This document shows, piece after piece, positions 1 through 11,591 of a stretch of DNA of 64,000 nucleotides (the stretch's first letter is position 1; every line of letters begins with the position of its first letter). The notes under the pieces are model-generated. The model saw only the letters and a program-made list of their open reading frames with translations. It was not told the DNA's origin and ran no database searches. The translations under genes were made by a program, and so were the position numbers. The DNA lies in the NCBI RefSeq assembly GCF_000143415.4, contig NW_003314267.1:2260932-2324931 (forward strand), written 5' to 3'. The stretch comes from Selaginella moellendorffii (taxonomy: Eukaryota > Plantae > Lycopodiophyta).

Positions 1-410
1 CCCTCGTGAACGGAAGCTGAGAGCCGCAGCTCTCCCGAGAGCCCCGCTCTCTTGACACCCTACCCCTTGGGTCGAGCCCAGCAGGAACAAACTGGACCAG
101 CCAGATGTCAATCAACATGTGGTGTGATTCCCTTAGCCAACCAACAGAGTCAAACCCGAGACCGCTCTGATACCAAATTGGAAAAGGGGGTGCACTCTTG
201 TTCATGGGCCCTTTCCCTCTATATTTGAACCCCATGGATCGTCTCTCAAGTCGTTCCTTTTGGTTGCTTACACTCGTGAACGGAAGCTGAGAGCCGCAGC
301 TCTCCCGAGAGCTCCGCTCTCTTGACACCCTACCCCTCGGGTCGAGCCCAGCGGGAGCAAACTGGACCAGCCAGATGTCAATCAACATGTGGTGTGATTC
401 CCTTAGCCAA

Positions 411-506
411 CCAACAGAGTCAGACCCGAGACCGCTCCGATACCAACAGAGTCAGACCCGAGACCGCTCCGATACCAACAGAGTCAGACCCGAGACCGCT
501 CCGATA
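411..506. repeat. 3 x 32-bp perfect tandem repeat spanning the PBS
   Basis: ccaacagagtcagacccgagaccgctccgata at 411, 443 and 475; only a single copy in the other internal unit (141-172). Confidence 0.95.
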
Positions 507-528
507 CCAAATGTAAGCTCCTGAGTTT

Positions 529-584
529 GGACTTCCCGGGAGGTCACCCAGCCCAGTACTATTCAAACCCAAGGACGCTTAACC
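529..584 (-). promoter_or_regulatory. 5S rRNA-derived Pol III internal control region (A box/IE/C box) within the Cassandra LTR
   Basis: Minus strand reads GGTTAAGCGTCCTTGGGTTTGAATAGTACTGGGCTGGGTGACCTCCCGGGAAGTCC, closely matching the plant 5S core AGTTAAGCGTGCTTGGGCGAGAGTAGTACTAGGATGGGTGACCTCCTGGGAAGTCC. The 5S 5' part is absent. Confidence 0.88.
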
Positions 585-1303
585 CCAAATATCCCAAGAC
601 CCTTAACCGATTGGAAAAGGGGGTGCACTCTTGTTCATGGGCCCTTTCCCTCTATATTTGAACCCCTATGGATCGTCTCTCGAGTCGTTCCCTTTGGTTG
701 CTTACAGCAGTGTTGGTTGGATAAACGAGGTAAGTTGGCAAATTAGAAAGGAAAAATTTGTGGCTTACACTTTCTAGTTTCCTAAATTTGATATAAATAC
801 ATAATAAAAAAACTTATAAGTTTTAGTAAATGAATAAATTATAGCAATATTTTAAATTTAACATAAATTATAATTAATTTATCATAAAAAGTATAAATTT
901 TTATATATATTTTGTATTGTTTTGATTTATGTATCATTTCATGATAATCATTCATAAAGTTTTATTTGGGCTATTAAATTACTATATAAAATTATATTGA
1001 TTTTATATTTTATATTAATATTCAACTTTTCATGGCTTTTGAGAATATAAAAATTTTATGTTGCCAACTAAAATTCTTCGCTGATTGTTCAGTAACAATT
1101 TATATATGTATAGTGCTAGTTATTATTTATATTGAAAATAGAATAATAATATAACATATATTTTAACCAATGCAATTTAAAAACTTCATATTTAAAAAAT
1201 ATAATAGTAATATTTACCATTAAGCTTTTTAAATTTAGCTTTATATATGAATAACTGGCTGGGGGTTTTATAGTTAGGGTTAGGGCTTTATGGTGGAGCG
1301 AGG

Positions 1304-2134
1304 ATGGCAACAGCAGCAGCGGGCGAGTACCACAAGAAGCGCAAGCGCGGCAAGAACTGGAGCAACCAGGAGGCGATCCTCCTAATCGAGGCCAAGGACG
1401 CCACCAGCCGCGAAGGTATGGGCGCCTCGGCCAAGTGGCAAGCCGTGGCGGATCACCTCGAGAGCCAGGGCGTGCTGCGCGACGTGGAGCAGTGCCGCAG
1501 CAAATGGGAGAACATGCTGGGCGACTACCGCTCCATCCTGGAGCACGAGAGGCGCGGCTCCTCCTCCTACTTCGCGCTCACCAAGGAGCAAAAGAAGGAC
1601 CTCCGGCTGCCCGCCAAGTTCTCGCAGGATATGTTCCAGCTGCTCCAGCGCACCGTGACGCGCGGCGAGGCGGACATGGACGCTCTCCCCGTCGTCAATG
1701 CCGCGGCTCCTTTCGTCCCCGGGGATAGCTTCTCCAGCGAGGAGGTGCCGGGGCCGGGAGAGACGCCATCGCTCCTCCAGTTCCGCGAGGTTGGATCATC
1801 CGGGACTGGTGCTACTGCTACTGCTACCGCCGATCCCAATCCTCCAGCTCCTCATGCTGCTACTCCGAATGCTGCTGCTGCTACTGCGACCACCAAGAGG
1901 AAGCTTAGATCGATCGCTGCGGAGCCGGGGAGTGGATCGTTTGAGCTGGTTGCCAAGGCCATCTCCGAGTCCCAGGAGAAGATCCTGGCGTTTTTGCAAG
2001 AGCGGGAGGAGAGGAGGATAGAGATCGAGGAGAGGAAGCTGTCGAGGATGGACGAGCTGTTTGAGCTGCTCAGCAACATGGCTCACTCCTGGAAGACGCT
2101 GAGCGAACGGATGCTTGTCAACAGCTCGAGATGA
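1304..2134 (+). CDS. Trihelix (Myb/SANT-like) transcription factor, intronless CDS
   Basis: NWSNQEAILLI..KWQAVADHL..RDVEQCRSKWENM trihelix Trp pattern and a C-terminal coiled coil (EREERRIEIEERK). Confidence 0.88.
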   Translation: MATAAAGEYHKKRKRGKNWSNQEAILLIEAKDATSREGMGASAKWQAVADHLESQGVLRDVEQCRSKWENMLGDYRSILEHERRGSSSYFALTKEQKKDLRLPAKFSQDMFQLLQRTVTRGEADMDALPVVNAAAPFVPGDSFSSEEVPGPGETPSLLQFREVGSSGTGATATATADPNPPAPHAATPNAAAATATTKRKLRSIAAEPGSGSFELVAKAISESQEKILAFLQEREERRIEIEERKLSRMDELFELLSNMAHSWKTLSERMLVNSSR

Positions 2135-2613
2135 GCGTCGAGTCTTCTTCTATTTTTTGTTCCCAGTGCCGACACCACTGCGGTAAGTTATGTAGGTCTC
2201 TAACATACAGAATTTTGTCTCCTTTGTCCTCTCACAAACAGTGTTGTGTCACTCCCCCACCGCAAAGTTTTACGTAAATTTCACACCAAAAACTTACTGT
2301 GGAAGTTTTTATGAGAAGAAAATCTGTCGATCTGATTTATTTACAAAAGCTTTTAAGAACTTTCAACCAAACTCACTTCAAAGACTTTCCCAAGAACTTC
2401 AAACAAAGAAGTTTTGTGAGAAACAAAGGTGTGATCTGTGATTGATTTCTGGTTTCACTCCTCATAGAAAAGTCTGACGTACAGATAGAATGAGTAGAAC
2501 TCTTTCTATCTCAACTTCTCCCAAAACTTGAGAAGCTCACGCTTTCGAGAAAAAGAGAAGGAAAATCCGTGGATCTGTGATTGATTGATTGATTTTTCGT
2601 GTTGCTGCCTAAG

Positions 2614-5415
2614 CTAGCTAGCATTTTCTTCCCTACGCTGCATCTCCTCTTCATCCTCGTCCTCATCTTCGTCCTCGTCCTCCTCATCCTCATCCAAACT
2701 CTCGCGACGAGCAGCTTGATCCTCCTGACTAATGTTCAGATTAAGCCCTGCATGCAGCTGCGGCTGCTGAACCTGAGCCTGAGCCTGCACCTGCTGCTGC
2801 ACCTGCACCTGCATCTGCACCTGCACCTGCTGCTGAATCTGCAGCTGCTGCTGCTGGTTGCTCAAGTTGAGCGCCTTGAGCGCCGCGCGCTGCTTGTCCG
2901 ACTTCTCCCTCCTCTTCGGATCCGCGTAGTAGCGCACGAGCGAGTCCCACTGCTCCTGCGACACATCGCTGGGCCGGCTCGACCCCTGCTCGATCATCCG
3001 CATCACCTTGTGCCGCCGGAAGTTGAGCGCCTTGGCGACCTGCTTCTTGAGAAACGCGTCGTCCAGGCTGCCGCCAACGTACGTGAACTTGGAGTCCATG
3101 TAGTCGCGTATCCGGACCATGCCTTCCTCCGGCTGGAGCGCTATGTGCGGGATGGACACGTCCAAGAAGAGCAGCGCCGAGTGCCGCAAGATCGAGTTCC
3201 ACCATGTCCCGGTTGCTCCAGTCGGCTTCCCGTCGATCAGAGTTACGTTAGTCTTCTCTCCCTCCGCCACCGCCGCCGCTGGCTGCTTGCTTTCTTTCTT
3301 CGATGATGGAGGAGTGGCGAGTGCCTCACACCGGTTCTCAAAACTTTGAGGTGGAATCGCGGCAGTGAATGCTTCCGGCTGCTGCTGCTGCTGCTGCTTC
3401 TTCTGCGAAGACCACACGATCCGAAACTCCTTGTCACTCTCTTCCCCTTCTTGGAGAGACCCCTCGTCGTCGTTGCCGCCGTCGTCGTTTGTGTCGTCCT
3501 CGGTGCTGCTCGAGGATTTGCAGTCTCGATAAGTTTGCTGCTGCTGCTGCTGCTGCTGTTCTTGCCCATGTCCCTGCTGCTGCTGGAAAAATTGCTGCTG
3601 GTACTGTCTAGAGCTACTGGAGAGTGTTAGTTCCTGCCTAGCGGACGAAGAATCCCACACCGGAGCGGGACTTTGCTGCTGGTGGTGTTGCTGGACTTGT
3701 CCGTAAGAAGAGCTTTGCGGTTTCTGGTGATAAAAACTCGGCTGCTCGCTCGCTGGAGCCTGGAATCTACTGTAAGGAGGCACCGCATCGCTGCTGTAAA
3801 ACTCGCCACCGCCGCCACCTCGACCATTGTTATTGCTCGCGGCCCTGTTGTTAAAGTCCGAGGGTGACGAGGAGGAAACTCTGCGAGCTTGACGGGGGAG
3901 AGATGCCGTGGAAGAACACGAACCCGAGTCCATGGCCTGCGAGTCGGACGACGACGATGTCTCAGTGTCCGGTGGCCTCGTCAACCTGTTTACTATCGAG
4001 CGAGCCTTGTTCGCTCCTATTCTTTTCACTACCTCCACAAACAGCGCCTTCAAATCCCGCTCGTAGCTATCCGGGTTGCTCCTCTTGAGTCCCTTGATTA
4101 TGTCACGTATCCTGTTCTTCCTAGTGCTCGCGCCGTGGTGGCTTCTATTCGAGGCTCGACCGTTCAGAGCTGGTGTTGCCGCTGGAACTGGCTGTGGAGG
4201 TGGTGGTGCCTTCCGGATCATCGTACCTCTAGCCTTTTTCTTCCAAGCTTTTCTCGGCGGTGGCTGCTGCTGCTGCTGCTTGCTGTTCCATGCCCTGCTA
4301 TCCGAGATATCCTCACTCTCGGTACTAGCATCGTCTGTGATGGTCTTGGACTCGCTACTTCTATCCTGTAAATCAGTTCCCGGTTGCGTTGGCATCAATG
4401 CCAGCTGATGGTGAGGCCGCCACTCGATCATGTGTGTCTCTGGAACAAGCTCCTGTGAATACCTGAAAAAGCAGAAAAGAAAGAAAAAAAGATTCCAACT
4501 TTGTTAGAATTCACGAGAAAAAGCGAGGAGAAGTATACGTACGCTGGCATCCGAAACTTGTCCGTGAGCCCTGTAGCGGTGGCAGCTGGGTGGTGGTGGT
4601 GGTGGTGGTGTGGCGGCGGCGGTGGTGGTGGAGGAGCCAAGTGGGGGTGGTGAGGAGTTAGCATCAGTGAGCTTTCGTACATTCTCGTATTTAAGTTGAT
4701 GGCGTCGGATGGAAGCCTGAGAGGCTGCCGCATTGGAAAACCTGACATGTAACCTGATAACCAATGAGACGAGAAAACCAACAAGACAGGCAAACAAGAG
4801 AGAAAGGATAAAAAACCCTTGGAGAAACAAGAAAAAAGGACAGGGAGCTCACCACGAAAACGACAGCCAGCTAAACAACTCACGCTTTGGAAACAGTCAA
4901 GCAAAATGAGGAAAGAAAACGAAGAAAATCTAACCCGGGACAAGCAGGACACGGACAAACACACAAAAAAGGAAACGAGAGATTTTTTGTTACCTTGTTG
5001 AGGTTCGGGCTGCGAGAATTCCGGAAGAAACAAGGTCCCGTTTGGAGGTGAAGTTGCGGCGGCGATCTTGGAGGTGGCGTTGGCTTCGTGGTGATGGTGG
5101 TGGTGGTGGTGATGGTGATCGAGCTTGGATCTCTTGCCTTTGGAGTCGACGTCGGTGTCTACCTCGGATTCGCCATCGTTTTGCTGCATCTGCTTTTGCT
5201 TGCGCTTGGCTCGAGCCTTTCGGTTGTGGAACCAGTTGTGGACGTTGGCCTCCGTAACATCACCTTGGCGAGCGAGATCCACGGCGATCTCTTTGATCCG
5301 CTGCTTGTTGATACTGTCGCCCTCCTCCTCGAACAGCCGGACGAGCATCCGGAGCTGCTCCTCGTTCGGTTTCCATCGAACTTTGACGACGGCGGGAGGC
5401 AATTCTTGCAAAGCT

Positions 5416-5446
<31 letters not shown>

Positions 5447-5465
5447 AATGGCTTTCCTCCATCAT
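2614..5465 (-). CDS. WOX: WUSCHEL-related homeobox (WOX13/ancient clade-like) protein, 843 aa, with C-terminal CACTA TNP1/Transposase_24-like domain; exons 5465-4994, 4753-4543, 4462-2614
   Basis: Homeodomain RWKPNEEQLRMLVRLF..VTEANVHNWFHNRKARAKRKQ followed by the WOX13-type ESEVDTDV motif. Two GT-AG introns keep frame (472+211+1849=2532 nt) into the 605-aa ORF. Many polyQ/polyH tracts. Confidence 0.8.
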
Positions 5466-7017
5466 CTTGGGATCTGGTCATTGGAAAACCGAGAAGAAAA
5501 AATCCATCTTTTTGAGTGTGCTTTAAACAACTTGCCTTGCTCAACTCGTTCGCATCCTCAGGCTCCGCATTCTCGGCAGAAAAACTAGGAAGAGAAAACA
5601 AACAAGGAAAAATTCAGTCCGGGATGGCAGAGATCCCCAAAACTCTCCGAAGAACACGAGCAAGAGAAAAAAAATTCTCTTTCTTTTCTCCACGGCCCAA
5701 GAAAGAGAGAATGATACATGATAATGGCCCAGTCTCCTATAGAGGAAGAGAAAAGAAAAGCTGGCCTATATAATAGGATCGAGGGCGTTATCGACGGCAC
5801 CGGCCCACACAAGTGAAAATCCATCACCACGCACAAATGCAGGTTAGAAATCTCATCACACTCCCAGCAGCCGGGCAAAAATTCGCGAGCAAATCCACGA
5901 ATCGCCCACGAAAAGAAAAAGAAGCGAAGAAAACAAACCAAGAACACACCACCCCCACCAAAAAAAATTCATTGTTTTGATTCGAGGGAGAGAAGAGAGG
6001 AAGAGAAAAAAAAAACCCCCAAGCAAAGAGGAGAGAAAAAAAAGGAGACGGTGTGGATGCGTAGCTAACCTGGAAGATTGGCGATCGATCTATCGAATCA
6101 GGCGGCGCCGCCGCCGCTGGTGGCGAGCCCCAATCTTTGCCCCGATCCGCCACGACCCAAGTCACCGAAATTCGATCTCATCTATCCCACAGCCTCGCGA
6201 TTGCGGCGCGGTGGAGAGGAGCTGGCGCTGTGCGTCGGCCATGGCAGCTCTCTGTCGCGCGCGCCACTCTAAGCCGCCATATCCAAGTACTCTACCCGTG
6301 CGGGAATTTGGGCACGGCGATTCCAGGCCAGAATCTCCGCCCATCACGCATTCCGGACCGACGGATGGACGGCATCCACGAGCCGCTTAATGCTAATCAT
6401 GGTTAGCGGCCTGGGCGCTAATTCCAACGTCGGTAAATGGGGCTTTTAACCCCGGGGCAGGTTTAACCGACACCAGCGGTCACTGTCAGGCGTACGAAAG
6501 CGTACACCCGCCGGTCAGCGCGCCGTACCACATTGCATTCATTGTCGCTTATAATCGAGCGCGATTAGCTGCTAATAATCAATCGCGCAGGGACTGCGCA
6601 CGCATTGGCGATTATTTAATCTTTAATTAAACTCTGCGCTTCCATGCTTAACGTGAAAGACATCCAAGCAAGCGATCTATCTGGGTGGTTGTACAGTATG
6701 CGTATGCGATTGGCCAAGTATATTATACATTATATTGTACGAAAGATGGCGTCGCTTTTCCGGTATTTGCCGCTTGGGCGGCCAGCACTCTTTTCCCGAG
6801 TTTGGAATGTGGAATGGGCCCGACATTCATGCAAGAAGCGTTCCTCTTTAAGTACGGACGAGTGTGGGCCATGGCCGAATCTTGTGTGAAGCCGTACAAG
6901 GGCACGAACGTAAATTAGGGCAGAACAGGTCGGCTCTTGATTGACCATGACCATGGCGGCGCCGCTGGTGGAATAAGCGGCGCCGCTGGTTCTCTGCAGC
7001 TCGCGTCTAGGGCTTTT

Positions 7018-9477
<2,460 letters not shown>

Positions 9478-9596
9478 AAGCAAAGTTTTGTGTCCACTAA
9501 CGTTATATTTCCCAAAGGTCTTTACTTAAAGGTGAAAGCCTAATGTATAAAGATCCTATTTAGGGCATATTCCAAGGTTTTAGGGTTCTTAGATTC

Positions 9597-11471
9597 ATGA
9601 GCATTCTCACTCCGCCTTCTTCCCCCGCGCTCTCCTCCGCCTCGGACGATTTTGCTCTCCTCCTCGATTCCGAGCTCGCCGCTGAATCTGCCGACGAAGG
9701 ATCCGAGCCCGCGGCCAACAGGGAGGAAGCGGAAGATCTCGATGACGAGAATGAGGAGAGGTAACGATCATTCTCATCTCAATGTCGGTGCGATGGATAT
9801 TTCTTGGCAGGAGGAAGAGATTACGGCTGGATTCCGCGAGCAATTGTGAGTGGAATCTTTGTTTCTTTGTTAGAATGCGGGCGCTTAGCAAAATTTCTGC
9901 GTGTGCTGTGTGTTTCAGCGAGCTGTCCTCCACATCCCGGATTTATGTGGGGCGTTTGTATACGTTGCGGTGTGCTCAAGCCAAATTCAGAGCCTGGAGG
10001 AAGCGCCAGCAACGTTGCCTTGAAATACATCCATGAGGTAAGAGATTTCGTTGCCAGATCGTTTTTTGGTTCATCCTTCTGGTTTTAGGAGTTTGAGCTT
10101 GCTGGAGATGTTCTAGCTCGTGTTCGTGAAGACGAGCTTCGGCAAGTGTTGGGCAAACGGAAGCTCTTCCTGGTTTTGGATTTGGATCATACTCTACTGA
10201 ACTCTGCGCGCTGGATGGAAGTTTTTCCAGATGAGACGGCTTACCTTGAGCACACCTACATGAATGTTCCGGAAGACAAAATACCAGCATTATCCAATGG
10301 TGCTCCAGGTATCTTACTCCATCTTTCTTTTTTTCTTGTTTCCAGCTTTTGTTCTTTGTATTTCAGCTGTTGCCGGTGTTATTCAACCTGGAGGGGGAGG
10401 ACTGCACCGGATTCACGGCATGCAATTGTGGACAAAGCTGCGGCCTTTCGCTCATAAGTTTCTAGAAGAAGCAAGCAAACTGTTTGAGATGTATGTGTAC
10501 ACAATGGGCGAGAGGATGTACGCTGTGACAATGGCTCATCTCCTTGATCCCACCGGAAAGTTTTTCAAAGGTAGAGTCATCTCGCAACGCGACAGCACTT
10601 GTAGACAGACGAAGGACCTGGACATCGTTCTTGGAGCCGACTCGGCAGTGCTCATCCTTGACGATACAGAAGCGGTACTTATTTCTTAAGTTTCTATCTT
10701 TCGTTTTATTGGGAATGTCTGCTTCCAGGTCTGGCCGAAACATCGAGCCAATCTCATTGTCATGGAGCGATACCATTTCTTCCAGTCAAGCTGCCGGCAA
10801 TTTGGTTTGGAAAACCCGTCTCTTACGAAGGCCGAGAGGGACGAAAGCAAAGACGAAGGCGCGCTAGCAAACGTGCTCAAAGTCTTGCAAAGGATCCACA
10901 GCGACTTTTTCATGGTTTGTTTTAGCTTTTTCGAAAGAGTTTTTTTTTCTGGAAAGCTGCCACTTGCATCACTTTCCTTTCTCTACTGTCGCAGGAAAGC
11001 GATGATTCTCGTTACACTTGCGACGTCCGCGATGTAAGTCATTATCTCTTCGTTCTCTTCGCTGATTCCAACGCTATCCAGATCACCAGCGTCGTCCGGT
11101 CGGAAATACTCTCGGGGTGCAAGCTCGTGTTTAGCCGGATCTTCCCGACCGACTGCCTGGAACCCGAGCTCACTCCACTGTGGAGACTGTGCGTGGATCT
11201 GGGGGCCGAGTGTGTTCTAGCGCACGACGACTCGGTCACTCACGTAGTAGCGCTGGATCGATTCACGGACAAGGCCAAGTGGGCGAAAGAGCACCGAAAG
11301 TTTTTGGTCCATCCGGCGTGGGTGGAAGCAGCGCACTCGCTGTGGAGAAGACCAAACGAGTTGGAATTCCCAGTGCGCGAAGGCCAAACGCGAGCTCCAG
11401 TGTTTACATTTGCAAAGACTGTAAATGTAGAAGTCGAAAGGAATCGGGAAGAGAAAGACCAAACAAACTAG
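9597..11471 (+). CDS. CPL4: RNA Pol II CTD phosphatase-like 4 (FCP1 domain + BRCT), multi-exon
   Basis: N-terminal SSASDDFALLLDSEL, catalytic LVLDLDHTLLNS, TKLRPF, and BRCT VTHVVALD..VHPAWVEAA. Confidence 0.88.
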
Positions 11472-11591
11472 AACGATGAAATAGCTTGTGAGTGATATAG
11501 AATATTCGAAGTATGACTGGAATATTCTTTTATTTTTTGTGTGTCTTTGTGTTAGATCTAGGGTTCATCAATCTGCGGTGCTGGGGGAGCT

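Larger units (their letters stand above)
1..706 (-). mobile_element. Cassandra-type TRIM (non-autonomous LTR retrotransposon), tandem array internal-LTR-internal-LTR, continuing off the left edge
   Basis: 195-bp LTR at 512-706 with TGTAAGC...GCTTACA inverted ends. A tRNA-iMet PBS (minus strand TGGTATCRGAG) abuts it at about 499-509 and again at about 165-175. The internal domain is duplicated (1-176 vs 273-511). A 5S-like segment lies inside the LTR. Confidence 0.88.

Noticed and set aside
411-506. CRISPR-like 32-bp repeats
   Set aside because: Head-to-tail with no spacers; eukaryotic retroelement context.
529-584. 5S rRNA gene
   Set aside because: Only the ~56-nt promoter core is present, inside an LTR, with no 5S 5' end or T-run terminator.
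1274-1285. Telomere or interstitial telomeric array
   Set aside because: Only two TTAGGG units; better read as a promoter telo-box-like motif.
1304-2134. Harbinger transposon Myb/SANT ORF
   Set aside because: No adjacent DDE nuclease ORF or TIRs; the architecture fits a host trihelix TF.
2599-3306. 235-aa Leu/His-rich + strand ORF, and similar antisense ORFs over the GT47, FtsH and PPR genes
   Set aside because: Shadow ORFs from GC-rich/CAG-repeat coding sequence on the other strand.
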